Below, one piece after another: positions 9,071 to 18,760 of a stretch of DNA of 64,000 bases (the first letter of the stretch is position 1; each line of letters starts with the position of its first letter). The translations under genes were made by a program, and so were the position numbers. The DNA is from Chloroflexota bacterium (lineage in GTDB: Bacteria; Chloroflexota; Dehalococcoidia; CAUJGQ01), in the NCBI GenBank assembly GCA_036741355.1, contig DAINSK010000004.1, positions 65,289 through 129,288 of the forward strand, given 5' to 3'. Under the pieces are notes generated by a model that saw nothing but the letters and a program-made list of their open reading frames with translations, was not told where the DNA came from and ran no database searches.

Positions 9071-10360
9071 TTGAACGTGACGGCGTCTGCGGCGACCACT
9101 GAGACCGGGTTCATCGCTTCGCTGCGCTTGCGGGAATACCGTTTGCTCTGGTCGTCGACGATGCTTTCGGCCAGTGGTCAATGGACGCTGGTGGTCGGCC
9201 GGGGGTGGCTGGTCCATAACTTGACCCATAGCTCAGGCTGGGTCGGCGTCGTCACGTTTGCTTCGATGGCGCCCTTTCTGCTGGCGACTCCCATCGGCGG
9301 CGTGCTCGCCGACCGCTTCGACCGCCGCCGCCTGAGCATCGTGATGCAAGGCGTGTCGCTGGTCGCCTCGGTTGCATTGGCGTTACTGGTGTTCGCGGGA
9401 AGTGTGCAGGTATGGGAAGTGGTCGCTCTTGCGCTGATTGCAGGCATTGGCCGCGCTGTCGAGACTCCATCAACGACCGCGATTATCCCGAACGTCGTCC
9501 CCACCGGATACCTGCTCAACGCGATTTCGCTCAACAGCGTCGCAACGTTTGGTTCTCGTCTCGTCGGCCCGGCAGTAGCGGCTCTTCTGCTTCAATACTT
9601 GGACGCGGGCAGCGTATTCGTGATGACCGCCGTCTTTTATTTGGCGGCGATGCTCCTTCTGAGCCGCGTAAGGAAAACCGCCGAGCACGCCCGTGCCGAA
9701 GGGGGGTTGTGGCGCCAAAACGTCGATACCTGGAAGTACATCGCGGTCGCGCCGACGATGGCCGTTGTGTTCCTGCTGGTCGGGCTGCATTGCGGCCTGA
9801 CGATGTCGACCGACGCCATCATGCCTCAATTGGCCGATCGCACGCTGCACGGGTCGAGCGGCACCTACGGCCTGCTCATCATGTCCTTCGGTGCCGGTAC
9901 AATGGCAGGCACCTTTTCACTTGGCGGCTTACGTTCCGATCAGACAAAAGGAACCTTGCTGCTGATCACGGGAGTGCTGAGCGGTGTCACTACCGCAATG
10001 CTTGCTTTGATGCATTCAGTCCTGCCTGCGTTCCTTGCGATGTCGGTCATGGGTGCGTCACAGGGCATGTTCATGGCGCTGGGCAATACGCTGATCCAGG
10101 AGGTTGTCCCCGACCAGTTGCGAGGGCGCGTCTCGGCGGCGTATCTCATGGCTGGGGGCGGCGCGATGTCGATCGGTAACCTGATCGAAGGCCCGGTTGC
10201 CGATCGCTACGGCGTGGGGCTTGTACTCCTGCTGCCTTCACTCGCCTTCCTGGCGTTCATGATGTTATTGTCCGGCATTGGGCCGGGGCTTCGCCGGCTG
10301 TATCGCACGGGCACCTTGCAGCGGGTCCCGCAACCGGTTGTTTCCGCGGGCATCGCGTAG
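9071..10360 (+). CDS. MFS transporter
   Basis: About 12 predicted TM segments, MFS-like loop motif (GGVLADRFDRRRL). Start uncertain (TTG 9071 or ATG 9161). Confidence 0.8.
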   Translation: MNVTASAATTETGFIASLRLREYRLLWSSTMLSASGQWTLVVGRGWLVHNLTHSSGWVGVVTFASMAPFLLATPIGGVLADRFDRRRLSIVMQGVSLVASVALALLVFAGSVQVWEVVALALIAGIGRAVETPSTTAIIPNVVPTGYLLNAISLNSVATFGSRLVGPAVAALLLQYLDAGSVFVMTAVFYLAAMLLLSRVRKTAEHARAEGGLWRQNVDTWKYIAVAPTMAVVFLLVGLHCGLTMSTDAIMPQLADRTLHGSSGTYGLLIMSFGAGTMAGTFSLGGLRSDQTKGTLLLITGVLSGVTTAMLALMHSVLPAFLAMSVMGASQGMFMALGNTLIQEVVPDQLRGRVSAAYLMAGGGAMSIGNLIEGPVADRYGVGLVLLLPSLAFLAFMMLLSGIGPGLRRLYRTGTLQRVPQPVVSAGIA

Positions 10361-10395
10361 TCGATGTCCGGCAGTGAGTAAAGGCGACGCGCAAA

Positions 10396-10716
10396 ATGGT
10401 GTCCGATTTCGCATCGAACGGCGACCGATCTCCCGAAGGTCCGCCTCAGCGCGAGGGTCCCGGACCGGCTCGGGTTTTGCTGTTCGCGCTCGTTGGGGCG
10501 TTGCTTATCGGCACCGCCGGATTCGCCGTTTCTGCCGTCGTCTCTCCCGACCAAGCCGTCGTTCAGACGATGTGTGTCGATTCGGGCTGCACCTCCGCGA
10601 TGTCGGCCGGCGATAAGGCGTCAATGTCAACGGAATCCCCGAAACCCGCCCATCATCACCGATCGCTCCTGCAGAGGGGCGTGAGCGGCATCAAGGACAT
10701 GTTGCACCTGCGGTGA
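10396..10716 (+). CDS. Hypothetical small membrane-anchored protein
   Basis: 106-aa ORF with one hydrophobic segment (VLLFALVGALLIGTAGFAV) and a His-rich C-terminus. No family assignment. Confidence 0.25.
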   Translation: MVSDFASNGDRSPEGPPQREGPGPARVLLFALVGALLIGTAGFAVSAVVSPDQAVVQTMCVDSGCTSAMSAGDKASMSTESPKPAHHHRSLLQRGVSGIKDMLHLR

Positions 10717-10857
10717 GTCCGCTAACCGGATACGGCCGCGATCGTACGCCAGTCTAGCTTGACAACCTGTGCCGCCCGTCGGATGCTTGCGACTAACCGA
10801 ACGGAAGCCGCCGGATGCCGGCTGCGCCGCTCGTTAGGCCAGAAATGGAGCGGTTTC

Positions 10858-11166
10858 ATGACCATTGAGACCCGCGATCAAAGCGCTATGGAGCTTCGAC
10901 CGGCACTCAATCCTGGCCTTGACCTGTCCTGGTTGGACGGTGGGGATGGCTGGGGAACCAGGGCAGAACCGGGACGCAAAGGGCTAACGCTGGAAGGGAT
11001 TGCTATCGGCCGCTACGGCGATATCCCTGAAACGTCGCGCAACTATACGCTGCGGTTGCGCGGGACCCGTCAGCGGGCAGGGGCCCTACGCGTTACTTCC
11101 TGCAGGTCGCCCGAGCGGCGTCAACGGATGGACCCGGCGCTCGCCGTGTACCTGGACGAAAAGTAG
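10858..11166 (+). CDS. Hypothetical small protein, paralogous to the N-terminal domain of the downstream gene
   Basis: ATG 10858 with GGAGCGG upstream. LSWLDGGDGWGTRAEPGRKGLTLEGIAIGRYGDIPE aligns to FVWMTETDTEWGVRARPGPHGLRLADINIGSYCEVPD of the next ORF. Confidence 0.5.
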   Translation: MTIETRDQSAMELRPALNPGLDLSWLDGGDGWGTRAEPGRKGLTLEGIAIGRYGDIPETSRNYTLRLRGTRQRAGALRVTSCRSPERRQRMDPALAVYLDEK

Positions 11167-11188
11167 ACCCGCATCGTCGGGAGGTGTC

Positions 11189-12271
11189 ATGATCACCGAA
11201 TCCCACCCCGCCGGCGGCCCACCCGCACAAGATCGCATGGTTTTTCCACAGGCGCGCAGTTTTGTCTGGATGACCGAGACGGACACCGAGTGGGGCGTAC
11301 GTGCCCGACCTGGGCCACATGGGCTGCGTTTGGCCGACATCAACATCGGCAGCTATTGCGAGGTCCCGGACGTCTGGCCTTACGACACCGAGATCGCACG
11401 CGGCTCTTCGCCCAACCCGGGTGCGGAAGCGATGGGCTACTCGATCTTTGAAAAGCAGGAGGTTTGGGCACCGAGCGCCGCCGACCTGTACGAAGACGCA
11501 ATCCAGGGACGCTGGGCGCCGGCAACCGATATCCAGTGGTCGACGCTCAGTCCGTTGGCACGCGAGATCGAGGCGGCAGTATGCCAGCTCTGTACGGAGC
11601 TCAGCCAGCGGTCGTATGCGGCCGGAGTGGCGCTGGCGGGCTGGCTGCAGCACATCAGCTACGGCTTTATCGAGGTCAAGAGCTATCTCGCCACCCAGAT
11701 CTTCGCACATTTCCGCCATGCCGAAGTGTTTCGTAAACGGGCGCTCGCAAACGGCGGCGGGCTTGGCATCGAGCCGCCCAACAACTTCGTGCAACGCTAC
11801 ATGGAGTCGCTGAAATACACGGAAGCGTTAGTCGCCATCGGCGTGCTTGATGCTGCCTTCCTCGACGTACTGTTTGCCGCCGGCGACGAACTAGCCCAGA
11901 ACGAGGTGGAACGCGACATTTATCGGCGGTGCCTGGCCGACAACCGTCGCCACCTTCAATACGGCGCCGAGCACCTCGCCTGGGTGGTCGAACACGCACC
12001 GCACCGTGCGACTGAGCTCCAGCGCTACCTGCGGAAAGCCGAGGCCGCGCTTGTTCTGGACCTGGAGCACCCACTGTCATCCGAGCCGTTGATCGTGCTG
12101 TTTGGCGGGGGGCTTGACGCCGTCGATCCCGGGGCCGCGAGGCTGCATGCCTTGCGCCGCGCCCAGGTGGAGCGCTACCTGGAAATCCTCGAGCAGGCGG
12201 GGTTGAGCCACGCGGAGTTTGGTCTGCACTCGCACCTGGCGGCCTACGTCGAGGATGCGGTTCCAGTGTGA
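11189..12271 (+). CDS. Hypothetical protein (N-terminal ~70-aa domain plus all-helical C-terminal domain, possibly ferritin/heme-oxygenase-like)
   Basis: ATG 11189 preceded by GGGAGG at spacing 4. The C-terminal region is helical with E/H-containing motifs (HFRHAEVF, EHLAWVVEH). The fold assignment is inference only. Confidence 0.55.
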   Translation: MITESHPAGGPPAQDRMVFPQARSFVWMTETDTEWGVRARPGPHGLRLADINIGSYCEVPDVWPYDTEIARGSSPNPGAEAMGYSIFEKQEVWAPSAADLYEDAIQGRWAPATDIQWSTLSPLAREIEAAVCQLCTELSQRSYAAGVALAGWLQHISYGFIEVKSYLATQIFAHFRHAEVFRKRALANGGGLGIEPPNNFVQRYMESLKYTEALVAIGVLDAAFLDVLFAAGDELAQNEVERDIYRRCLADNRRHLQYGAEHLAWVVEHAPHRATELQRYLRKAEAALVLDLEHPLSSEPLIVLFGGGLDAVDPGAARLHALRRAQVERYLEILEQAGLSHAEFGLHSHLAAYVEDAVPV

Positions 12272-12325
12272 GTACGTGAGGCACGCGAATCTATCCCAAT
12301 TCAGGCGCCGCGGTCCGCAGATCAC

Positions 12326-13504
12326 GTGAATAGACGGAGCCCGTTGAACGCCTTGATGCCTCCAGAACGCGATCGTGGGCTGGTCGCTTTTTCGCAGCGG
12401 CTGGTCTGGCCGCTCGGCGCCCTGCTGCTCATATTCGTGCTGTTGCGGCTTTCGCCGCTGCCGCTGAAACACGTCTTCATCGTGTTATTCACTTCTATCC
12501 TGCTGGCCGCCGCCGTGGCGCCGCCCGCTCGGTTCATGGCCCGCCGCCGCGTTCCTCGCGGCGTGACGATCCTGGTGATCTACCTCCTAGCGGTGCTGAT
12601 TCTGATCGGCGTCGTGGCCCTTGTCGTGCCGCTGGTCGTTTCCGAAGTAGATGCGTTGCGCGCATCGCTGCCCAATTACGTCGATAACGTTCAGCGCGAG
12701 ATCGCAAAAATTGCGCCCAATCAGGCCGAAAGCTTTTCGAGCGCCAGTGTGGTCAACCGGCTTTCGGGCGAACTGGGGAGTGTTGCCGGAGCGCTCACCG
12801 ATATCCTCGTCCGGGTGGTCTCGCTGAGCATCAGTGTCATTCTCATCCTCGTCATCGCCTTTTTCCTGGCAGTCGAAGAAGACTTCGTCGCGCTGGTGAT
12901 TCGGCGGTTTGTACCGCCGCATCGACGCCCGCAAGCGCAACGCCTCCTCGGCCGCATGGGAACTCGCCTCGGTCAATGGGCACGGGCTCAGATGCTGCTC
13001 GCACTGTTTTTCGGCGTCGCGTTCGGAGCTGGTTTGCGGGTCGCGGGCGTGCATTATGCCGTCACGCTGGGCGTCGTGGGCGGCGTGCTCGAGATCATCC
13101 CCTATGTCGGCGGGTTTATTACGGTCGCGCTTGCCGTTCTCGTTGCGCTGACCCAAAACCCCATCCTGATAGCGATCGTGGTCGGCTGGTACACCGTCGT
13201 TGTTGAAATTGAGGGCCACGTATTCGCGCCAAAGCTTATGGACAGGGTGCTCGGTATCCATCCGCTCGTCATCGTGGTCGCACTCTTCCTGGGTGGCGAA
13301 TCGCTCGGCATCCTCGGCGCTTTGCTGGCCGTGCCGATCGCCATCGTTTTCCAGGTCCTGCTCGATGAGTTCTACTCATTTCAGGACTCGCATGATGAGA
13401 ATGAGCCGGCTGCGCCAATTCCCGGCCAACCCGAACGGCAGCCGAATCTGCAGGAGGATGGGCGCGATCAGGCTGTCACCGAATCCGTGGCCGGCCGAGG
13501 ATAG
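12326..13504 (+). CDS. AI-2E family transporter (PerM/YdiK-like, UPF0118)
   Basis: Seven to eight TM helices and the characteristic C-terminal conserved region ...EIIPYVGGFITVALAVLVAL...VPIAIVFQVLLDEF. Confidence 0.85.
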   Translation: MNRRSPLNALMPPERDRGLVAFSQRLVWPLGALLLIFVLLRLSPLPLKHVFIVLFTSILLAAAVAPPARFMARRRVPRGVTILVIYLLAVLILIGVVALVVPLVVSEVDALRASLPNYVDNVQREIAKIAPNQAESFSSASVVNRLSGELGSVAGALTDILVRVVSLSISVILILVIAFFLAVEEDFVALVIRRFVPPHRRPQAQRLLGRMGTRLGQWARAQMLLALFFGVAFGAGLRVAGVHYAVTLGVVGGVLEIIPYVGGFITVALAVLVALTQNPILIAIVVGWYTVVVEIEGHVFAPKLMDRVLGIHPLVIVVALFLGGESLGILGALLAVPIAIVFQVLLDEFYSFQDSHDENEPAAPIPGQPERQPNLQEDGRDQAVTESVAGRG

Positions 13505-13530
13505 TCTGGTTGGCCTGCCGGTTCAGTAGC

Positions 13531-13551
13531 CCGCGCAGGCGGGCTTTGTCA
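13531..13551 (+). terminator. Possible intrinsic terminator downstream of the AI-2E transporter gene
   Basis: CCCGCGCAGGCGGG hairpin followed by CTTTGTC. Confidence 0.25.
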
Positions 13552-13651
13552 GATGAGCCTGCGACTTTAGTCGCCGGGCGACGGCGCTCTTGTCGGAATT
13601 CCGAACTGCTCTGACCGAATTGCTATAACGTACTGCCAAGGGGGATCGGTC

Positions 13652-13840
13652 ATGCCAGCAGTGCGGTGCGAGTTTTGCACCGAGCGACCGCGCGAAGAGG
13701 TGGCTGTGATGAAGTGGCGCGGTGAGGAACGAGAACGGCTGACGATTCAGTTGTGCGCCAAACATCACGGCCGAATTGCGAGAACCGGCGCGCGCGGATG
13801 GGAACACAAGGACTATCGGTGGAAGATAGGCTTCTGGTAA
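13652..13840 (+). CDS. Hypothetical small Cys/His protein (zinc-ribbon-like)
   Basis: 62-aa ORF with AGGGGGA RBS. CEFC...C..HH arrangement. Confidence 0.35.
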   Translation: MPAVRCEFCTERPREEVAVMKWRGEERERLTIQLCAKHHGRIARTGARGWEHKDYRWKIGFW

Positions 13841-13855
13841 GCGCCGCGCACAGAC

Positions 13856-14338
13856 CTATTCGAGCACGATTTCTCCGCTTTTGCCGCCGCTCTTGTGAAC
13901 GAGGCGAACATCGGTCAGCCGCATGCCCCGATCGACCGCCTTGCACATGTCGTAAACAGTCAAAGCCGCGACCGTGACCGCGGTTAGCGCCTCCATTTCG
14001 ACGCCCGTTTTCCCGGCGGTCTTCACGGTGGCCGAAATGTCGACCGAGTGATCGGCTTCGTTTGGCTGCAGGTCGACGTCGATGCCGCTGAGCAGCAGCG
14101 GGTGGCACATCGGGATCAGCTCGTGGGTGCGCTTGGCTGCCATCATGCCCGCGATCTGCGCTGTCGTGAGCACGTTTCCCTTGCTGATCTCTCCCGCGAG
14201 GATCAGCGCCAGCGTCTCCGGCAGCATGATTACCCGCCCCCGCGCCGTTGCTACGCGCGCCGTGTCGGCCTTTGCAGTCACGTCCACCATCCGTGCACGG
14301 CCTTCGGCGTCGATGTGGCTGAGTCGGTCCTGGGTCAT
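13856..14338 (-). CDS. moaC: Cyclic pyranopterin monophosphate synthase MoaC
   Basis: [30 protein letters not shown]...[25 protein letters not shown]...VYDMCKA is a strong MoaC signature. ATG 14338 with GGAGG RBS. 4-nt ATGA overlap with the rdgB stop. Confidence 0.9.
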   Translation of the reverse strand: MTQDRLSHIDAEGRARMVDVTAKADTARVATARGRVIMLPETLALILAGEISKGNVLTTAQIAGMMAAKRTHELIPMCHPLLLSGIDVDLQPNEADHSVDISATVKTAGKTGVEMEALTAVTVAALTVYDMCKAVDRGMRLTDVRLVHKSGGKSGEIVLE

Positions 14339-14955
14339 ACTTCCTCCCGGAAGGCACGGTCGTCCCGCAGCTTCTCCAGCACCTCGACGGCGGCGCGCAC
14401 GGCTTTTGAGCGAGAGCTGATGCGGTTCTTTTCGTCGAGACTCAGTTCGGCCATGGTCAGATCGCGGTCGGGTAGCAGGAAAATTGGGTCGTACCCGAAG
14501 CCGTCCCAACCCCGCGGATGCATGGCGATGCGGCCCTCGCACACACCGTCGGTCTGCCACGAACGGCCATCGGGCGTGGCAATCACGATCGCCGCGCGGA
14601 AGCGGGCACGGCGCTTCTCCTCGGGAACGACTTGCAACTCCCGTAATATTAGCTCCGCCTTGCCCTCGGCCGAGAGGTCGATTCCGCCGTAGCGGGCCGA
14701 GTGTACGCCCGGCCGGCCGCCAAGCACATCGACCTCTAGCCCCGAATCGTCGGCTAGGGCTGCCATGTTTGCTTCCCGCGCGAACGCATGCGCCTTGATC
14801 GCGGCGTTCTCGGCGTACGTCGTACCGGTCTCGGGTGGATCGAGGTCCAGCGAGATCTGGGCCGGCGTCAGGACCCGCCATCCGCGCGGCTCCAGCAGCG
14901 CCCGTATCTCCCGGGCTTTGCCGGGATTGCTGGTTGCAAGCAGCAGCCGCGGCAC
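14335..14955 (-). CDS. rdgB: Non-canonical purine NTP pyrophosphatase (RdgB/HAM1 family)
   Basis: [14 protein letters not shown]... and FGYDPIF motifs. 206 aa. GTG start. Confidence 0.9.
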   Translation of the reverse strand: MPRLLLATSNPGKAREIRALLEPRGWRVLTPAQISLDLDPPETGTTYAENAAIKAHAFAREANMAALADDSGLEVDVLGGRPGVHSARYGGIDLSAEGKAELILRELQVVPEEKRRARFRAAIVIATPDGRSWQTDGVCEGRIAMHPRGWDGFGYDPIFLLPDRDLTMAELSLDEKNRISSRSKAVRAAVEVLEKLRDDRAFREEV

Positions 14956-14958
14956 GGC

Positions 14959-16470
14959 TTAGCTTCCTTTCGTCGCTGCGGCGAGCGCTGGCACCAGACA
15001 TCCCGCGTCGGGCGAGCCCCAACCCGTGGGGAAGTCCCATCCCGCAAGTGCGGGCTCGCCGGGGTCGTTGCGAAATCGATTGGTTCCCTGGGTCACGTCG
15101 TGGAAGCATTTGCCCGAGGAACCGAGCTGATAGAGCGCGGGGTTGATGTTGCCGAGTCCCTTGCCCGCTGCCTGGTTCGCCAGAGCGACGATGGCGGCCC
15201 AGATCGGCGCGGACGCGCTCGTACCACCGGAGACCCCCGGGTGCGCGCCGCGGTCGGGAGTCGCGGCGAAATAAAGAAGCAGACCTGCGCCGAGAGCGGC
15301 GACGTCGGCCTCGCCGCGTTTGCCGTTCAATAGCTTCTGGAACGAGGGAGGCAGGACGCTCTGCTCCGCCGGTTGGTCGTAAAAGATGCTGATGCCGCTG
15401 CCGCTGGCGACTGAGCTGGAATCGAGCACGGTTTCCGATCCGTAACTGCCGTTTGGGTTCAAACGCAGCATTGTGCCGCCGACGACGGTGATCCACGGAA
15501 CTCCCGCCGGCCAGTCCGCCGACCGAACGGTTGCGACACCGCCCGAGAGCGTATCGGCCAGCGGGCCATGGTCGCCGCTGGCCGTCACAATCGTGACGCC
15601 CTTCCGGCCGGCTTGCTGGTAGAACGCGTCGAAATCGGCCCGCATCGCGGCCCCGTCACTGTCGTCGAGCAGGTTTTCGCTGGTGCCCCAGCTCTGCGAA
15701 ATCACGGAACCAAGCTTGTTGTCCACCGCGTAACGTTCGAGCGCGAGGAATTCCGGCATGCCGTCCACGCCTTCCGTTTCCGAAACCGGGCTGGCCAGTA
15801 CGACGATACGTGCTCCCGGCGCAATGCCATGGACCCACTCGGCGTCGAGCGTCGTTTCGCCCGCCCAGCCCCTGGTGTCAGCCGGGTCGATCTCTTTGAA
15901 GTCGGTACCCAGTGGGTAAAGCTCGATGAGGTCGGCGTCGGGCAGGCCCATCGCATTGCTGAATGCGGCCAGATCCTCTTTCAGCGTGGGGCTGCCAAAG
16001 GAGACGATGATGACGACTGTTTGCCCGGTCCCATCGATGCCGTTGCGGATCAGCCCGTCAACGTTATAGGCAGCGCGTACCTGTGCCGGTTCGTAACAGG
16101 GCACTTTGAGCAACGAGATGCATTCCTGGGTCGTTGGAACGGCGTCGCGGTGCAGCAGCTCTTCCGCCGAGCTCGCGGGCTCGTGGACAGGCCGCGGTGC
16201 CGGCGATATGGCCCGGCCCGGCGCCGATGTCGCCCGGATTTGCGTGCCCGGCGTAGGCGATATGATGACCGGCGTGCTGCCGGCCGCCGCATTCGCAGAC
16301 CCGGTCGGTGCAGTCGTGACGGCGGCAGCCGCGGTCGTGGATCGCGGTTCCACTGTGCCGGCTGGCTGCTTAGACTCGCCACCCGTACACGCCGCGACAG
16401 CCAGTATGACCGCTAGAAAAGCAGCCGCCCGGCAGGCCCTTGAGATCGTTCGTCGGGGGGCAATTACCAC
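14959..16470 (-). CDS. S53 family peptidase (sedolisin/kumamolisin-like) lipoprotein with pro-domain
   Basis: Lipobox ILAVAAC, then a pro-kumamolisin-like activation region. SGDHG (oxyanion Asp) and [13 protein letters not shown] (catalytic Ser) motifs. Confidence 0.8.
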   Translation of the reverse strand: MVIAPRRTISRACRAAAFLAVILAVAACTGGESKQPAGTVEPRSTTAAAAVTTAPTGSANAAAGSTPVIISPTPGTQIRATSAPGRAISPAPRPVHEPASSAEELLHRDAVPTTQECISLLKVPCYEPAQVRAAYNVDGLIRNGIDGTGQTVVIIVSFGSPTLKEDLAAFSNAMGLPDADLIELYPLGTDFKEIDPADTRGWAGETTLDAEWVHGIAPGARIVVLASPVSETEGVDGMPEFLALERYAVDNKLGSVISQSWGTSENLLDDSDGAAMRADFDAFYQQAGRKGVTIVTASGDHGPLADTLSGGVATVRSADWPAGVPWITVVGGTMLRLNPNGSYGSETVLDSSSVASGSGISIFYDQPAEQSVLPPSFQKLLNGKRGEADVAALGAGLLLYFAATPDRGAHPGVSGGTSASAPIWAAIVALANQAAGKGLGNINPALYQLGSSGKCFHDVTQGTNRFRNDPGEPALAGWDFPTGWGSPDAGCLVPALAAATKGS

Positions 16471-16622
16471 ACGACGATCTAATCAGTTACGTCGCGATCC
16501 AAACAAGGGATCGTTCCTTGCCCGGTCGCTCTGGGACGGTGCTGGGCCAGGCGGCTGGAGCGTCTTCTCAACCAGACCCGAAGGAGTAATACTGGAGATG
16601 GTTCAGGATCGGAGGCGATCTC

Positions 16623-17219
16623 ATGGTGGATACGGCACCAGCACGCAGCGAACGCACAGCGGTCGCCGAGCCCGCTCCACGGCTTTTTACGGTCGACGAG
16701 TATTACCGCATGGTCGAAACTGGCATTCTTCACAATAACGACCGCGTCGAGCTGCTTGAAGGGGAGATTATTCAGATGGCGGCAATGGGCAGCCGGCATG
16801 CGGGTTGTATCAACAAGCTGAACAAACGGTTCAGCCACCGGCTTGACGGTCAAGCGCTAATCAGTATCCAGAATCCGTTGCGCCTCTCGTCAAGCTCGGA
16901 ACTCCAGCCCGACGTCATGCTCCTGCGCCCGCGGCCGGATGACTACGCTGAATCGCACCCGGAATCCGCGGACGTGTTGCTGCTAATTGAGGTTTCGGAT
17001 ACCACGCTTCGTTACGACCGAGATACGAAGCTGTCGCTGTACGCTAAGGCCGGTATTCCCGAAGTATGGATCTTCGACCTCGAAGGGGCGCGATTGTTGG
17101 TGCTCCGCAATCCAAGTGCGGACGGCTACGAGCAGGTCTTCACGTTCCGCGCCGGTAGCGCAGTCGCCCCCGCCGCATTTCCAGAGCTCGCGCTCAATGT
17201 TGAAGACATCCTCGGATAG
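16623..17219 (+). CDS. Uma2 family endonuclease (DUF820, putative restriction endonuclease-like fold)
   Basis: FTVDEYYRM...VELLEGEII.M...H...ELQPDV...EV.DTT...D...K...Y pattern typical of Uma2/DUF820. Confidence 0.8.
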   Translation: MVDTAPARSERTAVAEPAPRLFTVDEYYRMVETGILHNNDRVELLEGEIIQMAAMGSRHAGCINKLNKRFSHRLDGQALISIQNPLRLSSSSELQPDVMLLRPRPDDYAESHPESADVLLLIEVSDTTLRYDRDTKLSLYAKAGIPEVWIFDLEGARLLVLRNPSADGYEQVFTFRAGSAVAPAAFPELALNVEDILG

Positions 17220-17296
17220 ATCCGTCGGGGATCACTGTGGCAAGCGGCACCATGAGCAGTCCGCCTATATCGAAACTCGGATATCGCTGGACAATG

Positions 17297-17677
17297 CTAC
17301 CCCCGGGCCTGGTTTGTCCAACTTGCGAGGTCGAAGTAGTCCCGCCAGGCGCTGATCTTGCCGTTGCGAAGCTCGAAGACGCCGGCGACCGGCAGTGCAA
17401 TTGAGTGGTCGCCCTGCTGGAAGCGGTCGATTCGCTCCGTGAAGACGATATCGCCGGCCGCCGCCAGATGCTTGATTTCGAACTCCGCGCTGGACGCCTC
17501 GGCGGCGAAGCGTTCGATGAACCGCGCGATCGCCTCGCGGCCGGTCAACGGCTGCATCGGGATGTTGTGATACACGGCGTCGTCGGTGAAAAACGCCGTG
17601 AGCTCCGTCGGATCCCTGCGCGTCCACGCCTCGCAAAACGAACGAACGGTCGCGGCGTTGTCCGTGTGGTCGGTCAT
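17297..17677 (-). CDS. SnoaL-like / limonene-1,2-epoxide hydrolase family protein (NTF2 fold)
   Basis: 126 aa, ...VRSFCEAWTRRDPTELTAFFTDDAVYHNIPM... is typical of the LEH/SnoaL family. Confidence 0.65.
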   Translation of the reverse strand: MTDHTDNAATVRSFCEAWTRRDPTELTAFFTDDAVYHNIPMQPLTGREAIARFIERFAAEASSAEFEIKHLAAAGDIVFTERIDRFQQGDHSIALPVAGVFELRNGKISAWRDYFDLASWTNQARG

Positions 17678-17695
17678 TGGTCGCCTCGCTGAGCC

Positions 17696-18322
17696 CTAGT
17701 CTTGAAGTACCAGCCGGGTCGATCCACCGTCGCTCCCGACCAGCTTCATCGGAAGCGCCATGATCGTGTAGGCGGCCGGTGGCACGCCGCGCAGGAAGCA
17801 ACCCTCGACAATGGCCACGGCGGCGCCCAGCAGCACCCGGTGCGTCAGCGGCTCCTTCTGACTGAACCCTTCCACCGACAGGTAATCGATCCCCACCAGC
17901 CGGAACCCGTGCGCGACCAGCCAGCGGGCGGCGTCATGAGCGATATAGGTGAAGTCCTCGTGGAAAGTCGAATCCTCAATGAAGGCGCTGTTGCGGCTCT
18001 TGAAGAGGACGCGCTCGAGTCCGGCCGGAAGCTGGAGGTTGTCGAGCAGGTCCGCGGTAATCGCCGTCACACTGCCGACGTCCACGACCAGGCCTGGTCC
18101 GACGAGCGCGTCGAGCGGCACGCTCTCGATGCCGGATCCGCCCGGGATGAAATGGATCGGGGCGTCGACGTGCGTGCCGGTGTGCATCCCCATGCATAAC
18201 CGTGAGACGTTGGCCGGATCGCCCTTATCGATGCCTTTGATCAGGCTCCGGTCGGGTCCCGGTTCCCCCGGCCAGGTAGCCATACCGGCCACCAGCGGCA
18301 GTGTCGCGTCGTAGAGCGTCAT
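17696..18322 (-). CDS. Cyclase family protein (kynurenine formamidase KynB-like)
   Basis: HTGTHVDAPIH motif (HxGTHxDxPxH). ATG 18322 with AGGAT RBS. The listed ORF extends further upstream but lacks support there. Confidence 0.8.
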   Translation of the reverse strand: MTLYDATLPLVAGMATWPGEPGPDRSLIKGIDKGDPANVSRLCMGMHTGTHVDAPIHFIPGGSGIESVPLDALVGPGLVVDVGSVTAITADLLDNLQLPAGLERVLFKSRNSAFIEDSTFHEDFTYIAHDAARWLVAHGFRLVGIDYLSVEGFSQKEPLTHRVLLGAAVAIVEGCFLRGVPPAAYTIMALPMKLVGSDGGSTRLVLQD

Positions 18323-18526
18323 CGGGTTATCCTGAGCCTGGCAGTCGTAGAGGCATGGTACACAATCCAACCCACGTGTCGGATCCAGCCGTACCGCCGG
18401 CTGCAACACGCGCAACACCCGTTCCGCGCCTTGGGTCTGCACTTGGAACGGTCCGCTTCGCGGGCCGCGCTGGAGCCAGTTTCCGTGGCCGAAGGCCAGC
18501 TACCGCTTTCCTCTCGAAGCCGGTCA

Positions 18527-18650
18527 GCGCAATTCGGTAAAGGCGGGCGCTGGTGGACGCTCGGCGCGCTGTGCGTGTGCATGTTCATGATCTTCCTCGA
18601 CGCGACGATCGTGAACGTGGCGCTGCCGTCGATTCAGCGGGGCTGTGGGT
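18527..18650 (+). pseudogene. Remnant of an MFS (DHA2-type) transporter N-terminus
   Basis: ...GRWWTLGALCVCMFMIFLDATIVNVALPSIQRG matches the conserved first TM/motif of DHA2 drug exporters. Reading frame decays immediately afterwards and no continuation is found in other frames. Confidence 0.3.
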
Positions 18651-18760
18651 GCACGGCGGTTCGGCGCCGTCCGCGAGTCCTGTGGAAGCAGAGAGTTTGC
18701 AGGTATCTATCTTCGAGGCGCTGTAGCTGGAACTAACCAGATGAGCGAGGAGGCGAACGG

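Noticed and set aside
11676-12284. 202-aa minus ORF, and 11093-11794 (233 aa, minus)
   Set aside because: Arg/Pro-rich antisense frames of the 11189-12271 gene.
13856-15496. 546-aa minus-strand ORF spanning moaC and rdgB
   Set aside because: It is an artefactual fusion. Only its C-terminal 160 aa (MoaC, with its own RBS and ATG at 14338) is real. The upstream part is the Arg-rich wrong frame of rdgB and the S53 gene.
15568-16416. 282-aa plus-strand ORF
   Set aside because: Antisense of the S53 peptidase gene. Arg-rich.
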